A stretch of 64,000 nucleotides of DNA from assembly GCA_038851075.1 (NCBI GenBank), contig JAWCLG010000003.1, forward strand, positions 1 to 64,000. The letters are read 5' to 3'. The translations under genes and the position numbers were made by a program. Shown piece after piece: positions 10,185 to 19,654 of the stretch; the first letter of the stretch is position 1, and every line of letters begins with the position of its first letter. The notes under the pieces are model-generated. The model had not been told where the DNA came from and ran no database searches. It saw only the letters and a list, made by a program, of their open reading frames with translations. This stretch comes from Candidatus Hadarchaeales archaeon (GTDB taxonomy: Archaea; Hadarchaeota; Hadarchaeia; Hadarchaeales; Hadarchaeaceae).

Positions 10185-13100
10185 TCATTTCCACGCGGGC
10201 TCCACAAAATCGCCAAATTCCCCGCTCAGACGTTTTTTTCTCTTTAGATATAAAATCACGGAAACAGCCGTCACCGAAAGCAAGATGATTGCTAAAAGCA
10301 GAAGCAGCGGGGAAAACTCCTCCTGAAGTGAGTACGTAATCGTGATATCTTTGAAACGAGGCGTGACCTTTCCGTCCTGTGTCTCCAGAACTATCATGTA
10401 CTGAATATATCTAGAGCAAAACGGTAGATCCCAGCCGTTGCCGGTTTCGCTCCAATCGCTCCAACCTCCGTCTTCTGGATTCATAAAATTACCTGCCCGT
10501 ACGTAAACCTTTACTGATGTTAATGGAGGAACTTCGGCTGACCAGCTGATGTTGCCCCAGTAAACCGGAATCCCGGCATCATATATACTCGATTTCAGAT
10601 AACCTCTGGGAGAGTAATCGCCCTTACCTGCGGCTGCATCTCCAACCAAAATACGGCCGGGTTCAGCGCACCCATAATCAATCTGCGGAGCTCGGCTAAA
10701 AAGCAAACTTTTCGACTCAGATAATTCGGCCTTCACCGCAGCTAAAATTACGGGACCAGAGCTTGAGTTTTCAATTGAATGGTTACGTGAAACCTCGCCC
10801 TCAAAATATGAGATATCGTCAAAATAATAATACCCATCCCACCAAACGTAGAATTGCAGCGCCTTTACTAAGCTCATATCTACGTATTGTTGGCTCATTT
10901 CTGGATCTTCGTTTTTACCGCTGATATCCCAGACTAACATCGTCCAACTATTCTTGATGCTTTTCTTCTGAGAATAACCAATGGTTTTTTTTCTGCCCAG
11001 TACATCCACAACTGTTAGTTCAACTGTGTTATTCCCTACATTGTCGTATATCCACAGACTTATCCAAGCCGCGTTATATAGATCGATATATCCTTTAGTA
11101 GAAGCCGCGTTTACACCAAAAGCACCTCCGTGAAACTCAAGTGGCATCGCCCCCTGACTTGCGCGCGCATGTACGCATATAGATTGTAGACCACCGTGCA
11201 CTATTCCATATGAAAGAAATCTGTCAGTATAATAAACCTCATATGTGTAATTATCCAACGTCCCGTTGGAAGGTTCAAAGTCCTGAAAACTTTTCTCTCC
11301 AACCACCAGCGTATAAACGCAGCTTCTGACCTTACCATCCGCTCCTATTCCAAATATTCGTATCTCATAAATCCCCGGAGGTGTTCGAGGCCCAACTCTA
11401 ATGTTCATCGTTGAATCGAAATCTGGAATGCCCTTAGTCTTAGAGATATTTACTGTCACATCCTCCGGAGCCCCTTGATATGTAAGCTCAATCTCCTTGT
11501 CGTACGGTCCCACCTTTTTTATGCTAAGTGAAAGATTGACTTGCCCAGAGCCTGAAAGTTTGCCGATTGTCTGATCAGAAGTTATCGTGAAACCGCTCAT
11601 CATACCAAAGCAAATATTATCAAAGTAGTAATACCCATCCCACCACTCATAAAGCTCTATGCCGATTATTCTGCTCTTATCAACTCCATAGTAACTTTCT
11701 AAATCCCAAGCAAACTTTGTCCAGTTATCTTTGACCGCTATGCCCGTCAGATTAAGAGCAGGATGATCGTTTGACCACCACGCCGGACCTAGGGATCCGG
11801 TGTTGTCCCTGAGCCTGAGCTCCAATGTGTTGTTCCCCTGAGTGTCAAGAACCCACATAAAAATTGAATGCGCGTTTTGCATATTTATCTTGCCCTCGGG
11901 CGATGCCACATTTATGCCAACGGTTCCTCCACCGTGGAAACTCGGGTCACCCCCACTTCCGATTGCGTTCATCCTCAGAGAACGCGTTCCACCAAAAACA
12001 GCATTGGCATCGAATGTGGGCCTTGAACTCCATGAATCATAATAATACTGGCTCGGAGTACCGTTACCTGGTTCAAAATCCTGAAACATTACGATGTCCC
12101 AGTACACCACTAACACATCCGCCATCACGTCGTTTTCACCTTCATCGTCGGTCACTGTGAGTGTGACGTCATATATCCCATCTTTTTCATACAGGTGAAG
12201 GGGGTTTCTCTCATTTGAAGTTGTTCCATCTCCAAAGTCCCAATACCATCTCACAATTGTACCATCAGGGTCCGTAGAAAGATCCGTGAACTGAACCTCG
12301 TTGTTGCCGTTTGCCAAAGTAGGCAAAAAAGGAGAAAATGAAAAGTCTGCTGTCGGTTTTTTATTCCCAATCAGGGAGAGAGTTATGCTTCCTGGTATTT
12401 CTGTATTGACATTTTCGGCATCGGAATGGTTGTTGTAATTTTCGCTCCAACTTCCGACCTCAGCCCAAGCTCCCCACCGTTTTACCTCCTCATCGCTGAG
12501 CGCTCTTCTTAGAATCCTCATCTCGTCTATGACACCGTTGAAAGTCAGAAATATCGGATCTGAGGGATTTGTCCTGTGATAACCGATGTAAATGTCACCG
12601 CACGGCTGATAGTCTTCAGGGGCATCACCGAATGCTCTCAATACTCCGTCAATGTAAAGTTTCAGCGTTGAACTATCCTTTACTGCAGCCACATTATACC
12701 ACCTGCCCGCATCAAACGAGAACCTGTACGCAACCTTCTTCTCGTTTCCAGCTTCATTCCTCACCACAAATGCCAGCTCATTCCACCACTCATCATAACC
12801 AACCCACCAACACCCGTCCCACCAGTCTCCATTCAACTTGTTGTCCTGCCGGATGAATATCCTCCAACCCTTATCCGAAGCTGGTTTATCCTTAGCGGGA
12901 TAATCCAAATCGGCTCTGACCCAGAATTGAACGGAAAAATCTCCAGAAACAAAGTTCAGACGCTCATTGTATTTTATCTTCACTGATGGAGCGGCATTGG
13001 TGTCGATTTCAGAATTTTCGAACTTTATGCCATAACCATGTTTTCCCTCAACCAAAGTCAAACCAGTTATGACACCACTGTTCCTATTTCCAGAAACATC

Positions 13101-15599
13101 ATCTATAATACCACGTGTCATCCTCTCAAAATCCCAGTAAGCAATCGTGTCTTCGTCTGAAACGAATTTTTCAGGTATGCAACTTCCGCTCCAATCGCTC
13201 TGAACCCATCTGAACAGATTCATACATCTCAACGTTATGGAGTGAGTTCTGCTTTGGCCATCTATGTCCGTCGCTCTGACCACCAGAACATGCTCACCAT
13301 CCGATAATGTGCCAGTGTCTATAGAAGTTACCCAGATATCTCCCTCCTTACGGCTCAGCCTTACGTATCCCCCACCGTCTAAACTGTACTCTACCATTTC
13401 AATGCCCACGCGATCTCCTCGGTAGTCCTCAGCGAGTACCTCCAAGTCAACGCTTTCTTTTAATATACTTCCATCAAGTGGTGTGAGTATCTTAACCCAC
13501 GGTCTGGTCCAGGTGTTCTCGTAAGTATTCTTAATGGCATAATAGACCGGTTTAATATAATCTCTATCCCAAGTAATCGCTCCCATTGTCTGAGCACTTC
13601 CACGTGCCTGCCACCAGTCAAAAAGACACCACCAGACTGTTCCTGAAACGTATGGCCTTTCATCAAGCGCTTTAAAGGTATCAACAAAACACCTTAGCTG
13701 CTCAGAAGTTCTGCTCATATCCTCACAGGACCAGGTTCCCATCTCCGAGGCAACAATCGGTTTATCCGGCTGGTAATCATGCGAATTCTTCAGAGCTGAC
13801 CTAGTCTGTGTATAATATTCGCCACTTACCGGAGCCCAGCTGTAATAGAATACTCCTTGATACTCGTTAATCCCAAGAATGTCATCAACCGGCCATGTCG
13901 GATCTATGTTCCAGAAAGTTGCCTGGGCAACAAGCCGTGTACCATCCACACGGTACGCCAGCTCTTTCATCCTTTCGTTAAATCTATATCTGTTGCTCAT
14001 TCCGGCAGCTGGCTCCGGCTGATGAATATCGGCCTCATTGTTTGTGCTCCAAATTATAATTGATGGACGGTTATAATCCCGGTATATCATTTCAAGCCAC
14101 ATTTGTTCGGCAATTCCTCTTTCAAGGATTACGCCAAATCCCTCATCAACAAACCACGTGGCAGACATCTCTTCCCATATCATGAAACCCATCCTGTCCG
14201 CCAAGATGTAGAGATACGGATGATTCGGGTAGTGAGCAGTTCTTATGAAATTCACATTTGCTTCCTTAGCAAAATTAAAGTCCCTCATTAAATTTTCCAT
14301 CTGTTCAACCGTGAATCTGTTAAAAACATCTGGCATGGCTTCGTGTCTCGCCACACCAGCCAGAAAGGTTGGCACTCGATTAAGCATAATTCTTGGGTAG
14401 TTACCGTCAACTTTTATCTCTCTCACTCCGAACTGTGTACAAAAAATGTCAAGATTACCATTGAGCTTGGTTTCCAAAATATAAAGCACGGGGGTTTCTG
14501 GTGTCCAGAGTTCTATTCCTGAAAGCTCGAGCGAATAGCTTATAACGGAAACGCTCATACCGGGTACATCCACAGATTTCAATGCTGTTCCGGATGTATG
14601 AATTCTAACACCACGATCTATTATTGCCTCGGGAGAAGGATCTAAAATGTTGGTATTATCGATGCGGGTTCCATAAACCGCCAGTTCCACCGTAGCACTT
14701 TTCTGGTCTTGACTTCTGTTGTAGACAATGACATTTACGTTTATGAGCCCGGTATCTGTTGAAACCTTATTGTCTATGAACACGAGCGAAGGTTTTATGT
14801 CAACCCTAGCTATACTGAGTGTATCGCTTGCCTCCAGATAAATGTCACGATAAATACCACCGTGATTTCTGAAATCGCAGGTCTGGTATGGCATTATGTC
14901 TTTCTGTTCGGATCTGCTATCCCAAGGAACGTTGTGAACTCTTATCGCTATTAAATCACTCCCGTCGTATTTCAAATAATCAGAAACGTCAAAAACAAAG
15001 CTGGTGTAACCACCTTCGTGCCATCCCACATAGGCCCCATTAATCCAAACATCTGTCACATAATTTGCACCAAGAAACACGAGCTTAACGTATTTTCCCA
15101 TCATCTCAGATATTCCAGATATAGTGCGCCTGTACCAGTATACATTTTCATCAACTGGTATGTCAAGAGGATTCTCAGAAAAAGGTAGAGATCTTGTATT
15201 CCAGCTGCTGTCGTCAAAATTTTCCCTATGATACCCATCCTCTTCGAGAAGAGACAGGACTGAGCTTCTCTCTCTCAAACTTTTTTCTATCTCTAAAGAC
15301 GTTGATGGAATTGACTTAAATTTCCATAGACCACTCAAATCTCTGTTTAATCGAGTAGGTTGTCGCTCAAATGAAGGGAATGGAACTCCATTCTGAAACG
15401 GGACATCAACACCATCCACAGAACGCAACTCGAGAGACGGGCTAAGAGTTGCCTTGGGCGGAGACTGACAACTGCCTAAAGGAACTCGAACAAAAAATAT
15501 TGTAAACGCAACAAACAAAAATACGCCGGATATTGTGCCCAACCTCAATGTTCTAATTATTTTTTTTCTCATGTGCCACAAACGCATGATGCCCCGCAA
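10185..15599 (-). CDS. Secreted, C-terminally anchored multidomain GH2 glycoside hydrolase (GH2 + Big + LamG + PKD + 2 CBM-like)
   Basis: N-terminal basic/hydrophobic signal; DLSGLWKF, HEGGYTSFVFDV, GGIYRD, GVARHE, RTAHYP, WSTNNE, SEMG; C-terminal TM LLLLLAIILLSVTAVSVILYL followed by KRKKR. Confidence 0.9.
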   Translation of the reverse strand: MRGIMRLWHMRKKIIRTLRLGTISGVFLFVAFTIFFVRVPLGSCQSPPKATLSPSLELRSVDGVDVPFQNGVPFPSFERQPTRLNRDLSGLWKFKSIPSTSLEIEKSLRERSSVLSLLEEDGYHRENFDDSSWNTRSLPFSENPLDIPVDENVYWYRRTISGISEMMGKYVKLVFLGANYVTDVWINGAYVGWHEGGYTSFVFDVSDYLKYDGSDLIAIRVHNVPWDSRSEQKDIMPYQTCDFRNHGGIYRDIYLEASDTLSIARVDIKPSLVFIDNKVSTDTGLINVNVIVYNRSQDQKSATVELAVYGTRIDNTNILDPSPEAIIDRGVRIHTSGTALKSVDVPGMSVSVISYSLELSGIELWTPETPVLYILETKLNGNLDIFCTQFGVREIKVDGNYPRIMLNRVPTFLAGVARHEAMPDVFNRFTVEQMENLMRDFNFAKEANVNFIRTAHYPNHPYLYILADRMGFMIWEEMSATWFVDEGFGVILERGIAEQMWLEMIYRDYNRPSIIIWSTNNEADIHQPEPAAGMSNRYRFNERMKELAYRVDGTRLVAQATFWNIDPTWPVDDILGINEYQGVFYYSWAPVSGEYYTQTRSALKNSHDYQPDKPIVASEMGTWSCEDMSRTSEQLRCFVDTFKALDERPYVSGTVWWCLFDWWQARGSAQTMGAITWDRDYIKPVYYAIKNTYENTWTRPWVKILTPLDGSILKESVDLEVLAEDYRGDRVGIEMVEYSLDGGGYVRLSRKEGDIWVTSIDTGTLSDGEHVLVVRATDIDGQSRTHSITLRCMNLFRWVQSDWSGSCIPEKFVSDEDTIAYWDFERMTRGIIDDVSGNRNSGVITGLTLVEGKHGYGIKFENSEIDTNAAPSVKIKYNERLNFVSGDFSVQFWVRADLDYPAKDKPASDKGWRIFIRQDNKLNGDWWDGCWWVGYDEWWNELAFVVRNEAGNEKKVAYRFSFDAGRWYNVAAVKDSSTLKLYIDGVLRAFGDAPEDYQPCGDIYIGYHRTNPSDPIFLTFNGVIDEMRILRRALSDEEVKRWGAWAEVGSWSENYNNHSDAENVNTEIPGSITLSLIGNKKPTADFSFSPFLPTLANGNNEVQFTDLSTDPDGTIVRWYWDFGDGTTSNERNPLHLYEKDGIYDVTLTVTDDEGENDVMADVLVVYWDIVMFQDFEPGNGTPSQYYYDSWSSRPTFDANAVFGGTRSLRMNAIGSGGDPSFHGGGTVGINVASPEGKINMQNAHSIFMWVLDTQGNNTLELRLRDNTGSLGPAWWSNDHPALNLTGIAVKDNWTKFAWDLESYYGVDKSRIIGIELYEWWDGYYYFDNICFGMMSGFTITSDQTIGKLSGSGQVNLSLSIKKVGPYDKEIELTYQGAPEDVTVNISKTKGIPDFDSTMNIRVGPRTPPGIYEIRIFGIGADGKVRSCVYTLVVGEKSFQDFEPSNGTLDNYTYEVYYTDRFLSYGIVHGGLQSICVHARASQGAMPLEFHGGAFGVNAASTKGYIDLYNAAWISLWIYDNVGNNTVELTVVDVLGRKKTIGYSQKKSIKNSWTMLVWDISGKNEDPEMSQQYVDMSLVKALQFYVWWDGYYYFDDISYFEGEVSRNHSIENSSSGPVILAAVKAELSESKSLLFSRAPQIDYGCAEPGRILVGDAAAGKGDYSPRGYLKSSIYDAGIPVYWGNISWSAEVPPLTSVKVYVRAGNFMNPEDGGWSDWSETGNGWDLPFCSRYIQYMIVLETQDGKVTPRFKDITITYSLQEEFSPLLLLLAIILLSVTAVSVILYLKRKKRLSGEFGDFVEPAWK

Positions 15600-15666
15600 T
15601 TATTTTTCTTTTTCATAAATAAAGATATATTTTTAAACCTGAGCTACAGAAAAAATTATTGAAATT

Positions 15667-16551
15667 ATGTTTCAACCGCAAGAATTGGCAGAGCCCAAAA
15701 AAAATTTTGCGAAGATAATAGCAATTGCCATAGTAATTATTTTTGCGGTTGGTGTCCTTCTAGCTTTTGTTTTTCTCTTACCGCAAAAAACCACGGATAA
15801 CCATGCTGCAAACGACGGAAACGGGAACCTAGCCCCCACTGCCCTGTTCGTCTATAATCCATCACTTCCCACAATCGAAGACACAATAATATTCTCTAAC
15901 AAATCCACGGACAATGATGGCATAATCATAAGTTACAGATGGGACTTTGGAGATGGAACTACTTCAAATGAAAAAGATCCCGCACATCAATACTCCGAAC
16001 CTGATAATTATTTGGTAAGACTCACCGTTACAGATAACGGAGGAAAAACAGGCACATTTTCAATGCTGATAAACGTTGGAGGAACGGGAGAAAGCGTCTT
16101 CCAGGACTTTGAGCTAAACAACGGAACACCGGGAGCATATTTCTACAATGCATGGAGATCCAGCTCCGCATTTGAAACCAACACAGTTCATCGAGGGAAC
16201 AGGTCCATTAAAGTTGTGGTACCTCCGGTGCTCAACGAGGCTTACGGCGCCACCATTGGAATAAACGCAGCCTCGTCAACAAGATATATTGATCTAAGCA
16301 ACGCGACTGAGATCTCAGTATGGGTATACGACACCCAAGGAAATAACACCATTGAACTCAAGCTTAAAGATCTCACTGGAAACATTGGAGCTGGCGTATG
16401 GTCAGATCGCTCAGCCACATGGAACGAATGGACAAAAATAACTTGGGACATCAGTAACTACCAGGGAGTTGTTATGAGTCGCATAGCGTCAATAGAATTA
16501 TATGAGTGGAACGAAGGTACGTACTACTTCGACACTATCGTGTATAGATAA
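15667..16551 (+). CDS. Membrane-anchored PKD + CBM-like protein, divergent from the GH2 gene
   Basis: N-terminal TM; WDFGDGTTSNEKDPAHQY; C-terminal FQDFE..NGT..DTQGNNTIEL..IELYEW module paralogous to two modules in the 1804-aa GH2. Confidence 0.85.
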   Translation: MFQPQELAEPKKNFAKIIAIAIVIIFAVGVLLAFVFLLPQKTTDNHAANDGNGNLAPTALFVYNPSLPTIEDTIIFSNKSTDNDGIIISYRWDFGDGTTSNEKDPAHQYSEPDNYLVRLTVTDNGGKTGTFSMLINVGGTGESVFQDFELNNGTPGAYFYNAWRSSSAFETNTVHRGNRSIKVVVPPVLNEAYGATIGINAASSTRYIDLSNATEISVWVYDTQGNNTIELKLKDLTGNIGAGVWSDRSATWNEWTKITWDISNYQGVVMSRIASIELYEWNEGTYYFDTIVYR

Positions 16552-16739
16552 AGCCCGTACCGCAACCCCTTATAATTCTTGACGGCGACAAATCCGCAAT
16601 GCCGCGCTTAGCTCTGGGTTGAAAAATTTATTATCTCTCATCTGATTAACCATAAAGGCGAAATAGGCTGTAAACAGCATTCAAATTATCTCATGGAAAA
16701 ACCTAAAAACACCTAGAGTGTAACTATGGTAGGTGAATC

Positions 16740-16964
16740 ATGAAGAGACTGTCCGAGCTCAACGGTCTGAAGATATACAGCGACAGGGCAAAGTACGTCG
16801 GTACAGTTATGGACACGGTCATCGAGGACAAGGAAGGAACTGTTCTGGGGCTCGTGTTCGGGTTCAAGGGCGAAAAGTCGCTCTCGGTCCCATACAACAC
16901 CATAATGGCCATAGGAGATATCGTTCTCGTGCACACCAAAAGCGGGACGGGCAGCGGTGCATGA
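16740..16964 (+). CDS. Single PRC-barrel domain protein
   Basis: LSELNGLKIYSDRAKYVGTVMD..IGDIVLV; GGTGA RBS; ATGA overlap with the next gene. Confidence 0.85.
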   Translation: MKRLSELNGLKIYSDRAKYVGTVMDTVIEDKEGTVLGLVFGFKGEKSLSVPYNTIMAIGDIVLVHTKSGTGSGA

Positions 16965-17506
16965 TTGAGAGACTGGGAAGCAAGAAACCGGAGATCCACA
17001 GCACCGCGTTCGTGCACCCTTCCGCGACCGTCATAGGAGATGTGGTAATAGGAAAGCACTCAAGCGTTTGGCCTGGTGCTGTGATAAGGGGCGACTTTGG
17101 CAGGATAACAATCGGGGACTACACCTGCGTACAGGATAATGCGGTAATCCACGCTGGAGACTTCATGGTGGGAAAGCCGAAGTACTATCCGGTCAGAATA
17201 GGAAACCACGTCATAATCGGGCACCTGGCGCTGGTCCACGGGTGCACGGTGGAGGATGAATGCGTGATAGGCGGCAGCTCGGTCGTTTTCAACGGAGCTG
17301 TTGTAAGAAAGGGCTCGATGGTGGGGCTTGGGGCAGTTGTCCTCAGAGACACGGAGGTGCCGCGCAGAACCGTGATGGTCGGCATTCCCGCAAGAGCGCT
17401 GAGGAGCGTGACAAAGGAGGAGCACAGAGGCATCAAAAAACAGGCTGAGAACTACGCCCGGCTCGCTGAGATATATAAGTCCCTTTTCATAGCGGCAGAA
17501 AAGTAG
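16961..17506 (+). CDS. Gamma-class carbonic anhydrase family (left-handed beta-helix) protein
   Basis: AFVHPSATVIGDV.IG..SSVWPGAVIRGD, QDNAVIH, IGHLALVHG; real start at ATG 16961 (MIERLG). Confidence 0.92.
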   Translation: MIERLGSKKPEIHSTAFVHPSATVIGDVVIGKHSSVWPGAVIRGDFGRITIGDYTCVQDNAVIHAGDFMVGKPKYYPVRIGNHVIIGHLALVHGCTVEDECVIGGSSVVFNGAVVRKGSMVGLGAVVLRDTEVPRRTVMVGIPARALRSVTKEEHRGIKKQAENYARLAEIYKSLFIAAEK

Positions 17507-18563
17507 TTTCAAGTCTATCCCAAGTCGGGTACTCCTCAATCAGAGCGAACCTGAATTTCTTCTCTAGGGGCGCAATTTTCTTCGCAACGGCCCAGTGAAG
17601 CTCAACCCTGCCCTTCTGCCTGTCCAGAAATATCAGCTCCGGAGGTATATCGTAACGCCTCATTATCTCCTTTCGCACGGTCAATACGTTTTCTCCGGCC
17701 GTATCCGCCACGATCCCCTTGAATATGAGTCCCTCCCCGGTCATGACCTCATGCCGTTTCATCACGTTTCTGGCCCGCCTCTTCAGCCTGTTGCGGAGCT
17801 GGACGGAATCCTTTAGAGAGCTGGGGCAGTAGTACACGCTGATTACGGTTCCGGATTCGGCCCACCGCAGCACCTTTTTTGCGGTCATCTCGCTTCCCTT
17901 AACAGCCATTGACTCGTCCGATTTCAACCTGAAACCCATGCCCCTCAGGCTTTCGAGGTTGGTGTCTGAAAACTCCAGCTCATTCAAATTCAAGAACGAA
18001 CACCCAACTGTCTCCAGCCTTTTTATTAGTTCCTTTATACGATCCTCATGTCCCGGTATGGCCGGAATTTCTACGCCGGCATTCAGACCGACGCTCACGG
18101 CAGCCCTGACCGGACCTTCACTCCACGTGTGAAACCTGATCTCATCCAGTCCTGCGTTCTTTAACTCTATCAGTTGCACGCGAGATGGCTCAGACCCGCA
18201 ATACATGTGGATGTGGTGTTTTGTTCCAAACCTTCTTTTTATCGCCCTGATGAAATTCACTGTCTTTTTCATTCTCAGAACCGGATCCCCTCCAGTTATC
18301 CCGGTTCCGAGCGCGTCCATCAGTCTGGCCTCATCAAGAATTTCTTTTACGGTCCTTACCGGACGCTCATTTGCATACACGATGTCTTTTCCTCTTCTCC
18401 TTTCGGACAGCGGGCAATAGTAGCATTTTTTACGACAGAGCCCGGTGACGAACAGAACCATCTTGGCACCCTTTACGCAAAGCTCGCATCCTCGAGGCAT
18501 TTTTCCGACCAGCAGTGCACCGCCGGTCGTCCTAACCATCTTTCTCATGTTGTTCCTTCTCAT
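17487..18563 (-). CDS. Radical SAM protein (conserved archaeal, PFL-activase-like)
   Basis: GCELC..G.KMVLFVTGLCRKKCYYCP (CxxxCxxC), TGGDP, GLDEIRFH, LNLNELE. Confidence 0.9.
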   Translation of the reverse strand: MRRNNMRKMVRTTGGALLVGKMPRGCELCVKGAKMVLFVTGLCRKKCYYCPLSERRRGKDIVYANERPVRTVKEILDEARLMDALGTGITGGDPVLRMKKTVNFIRAIKRRFGTKHHIHMYCGSEPSRVQLIELKNAGLDEIRFHTWSEGPVRAAVSVGLNAGVEIPAIPGHEDRIKELIKRLETVGCSFLNLNELEFSDTNLESLRGMGFRLKSDESMAVKGSEMTAKKVLRWAESGTVISVYYCPSSLKDSVQLRNRLKRRARNVMKRHEVMTGEGLIFKGIVADTAGENVLTVRKEIMRRYDIPPELIFLDRQKGRVELHWAVAKKIAPLEKKFRFALIEEYPTWDRLETTFLPL

Positions 18564-18987
18564 GCACCCAGTATTCTCCGCTCTCGGTGATTTCTTTCTT
18601 CCATATGTGGGCTTCCGACTTCACCCTTTCCACGATCTCCCTGAGAACCGAGAACACCTCAGCCCTGCCCCTTCCGGCTACCATAACATAGAGGGTGTCC
18701 TCGCCCGGAGAAAGCCCATCGACCACGTGGTGTATCGCGACCTTTTTTATGCCGGGTCTGGACCCCGCATCACGAACAATCCTCCGAAACTGCTCCGGCA
18801 CATCATCCGCGCATTCGTACAAAAGCCGCTTTACCCTACGCCCGTCCACAGTCCTGCCCCTGACAACCCCAACGAAACATGCTATCGCTCCAACATCGTC
18901 CGGGAGACCGCTCCTGAACCTCTGGAGCAGCTTTTCGAAACTGATCACGCCCCTTATGTGAACTCCGACATCCTCCATGAACACCAT
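18532..18987 (-). CDS. moaE: Molybdopterin synthase catalytic subunit
   Basis: GAIACFVGVVRG, LLYE, VKSEAHIWKKE. Confidence 0.88.
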   Translation of the reverse strand: MVFMEDVGVHIRGVISFEKLLQRFRSGLPDDVGAIACFVGVVRGRTVDGRRVKRLLYECADDVPEQFRRIVRDAGSRPGIKKVAIHHVVDGLSPGEDTLYVMVAGRGRAEVFSVLREIVERVKSEAHIWKKEITESGEYWVHEKEQHEKDG

Positions 18988-19069
18988 TTTCTACACCTCG
19001 CCAGACGGATAAAAGGGCTCAGGACCAACGTTTTTATGTGGTACGGTTTAGATATTCAGGGGCGGTTGG

Positions 19070-19606
19070 GTGGCAAACGTAAAGATTCAAGTTCAGAACA
19101 TCGTACTATCCGTTACTTACGAGGACGTGGAGTTCAACCTTGAGAGGCTGGCAAAGTCGCTTGACAACGCAAGGTACGATCCAGAGGTCTTTCCGGGAAT
19201 AGCGTACAAATCCGAGGATCCGCCGGCTTCTTTCCTGATATTCGCCTCGGGAAAGATGAACTGCGTCGGAGCAAAGAGCATGCAGGATGCAAAACTCGCC
19301 ATAAAAAAGCTCACAAACAAGCTAAAGAAGGCCGGCATCCGGATAAAATCGGAACCGAAGGTCCAGGTGCAGAACATCGTGGCATCTTTCGACTTCAGCA
19401 GGGAGTTTGATCTGGAGAAAATAGCCAGAACCTTTGACAACACTGAGTACGAACCGGAGGTGTTCCCGGGTCTGGTCTTCAGGGTTGATGATCCGAAGGT
19501 GGTCGTGCTGCTCTTCGTTTCGGGCAAGGGTGTGTGCGCCGGGGCGAAGAGCATGGCAGACATAAAAAAGGCCGCGGACATCATAACGAAGCTTCTCAAG
19601 GATTGA
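19070..19606 (+). CDS. tbp: TATA-box binding protein
   Basis: Two direct repeats QNIV..YDPEVFPG..LIFASGKMNCVGAKS / QNIVAS..YEPEVFPGL..LLFVSGKGVCAGAKS. Confidence 0.97.
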   Translation: MANVKIQVQNIVLSVTYEDVEFNLERLAKSLDNARYDPEVFPGIAYKSEDPPASFLIFASGKMNCVGAKSMQDAKLAIKKLTNKLKKAGIRIKSEPKVQVQNIVASFDFSREFDLEKIARTFDNTEYEPEVFPGLVFRVDDPKVVVLLFVSGKGVCAGAKSMADIKKAADIITKLLKD

Positions 19607-19654
19607 GGACTTTTCGCGTATTTATTGAAAACATGCGAAGGTCTGTCGGATAGT

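Noticed and set aside
16733-16960. N-terminal 76-aa extension of the 257-aa ORF
   Set aside because: It is an alternate frame of the PRC-barrel gene; the gamma-CA starts at ATG 16961.
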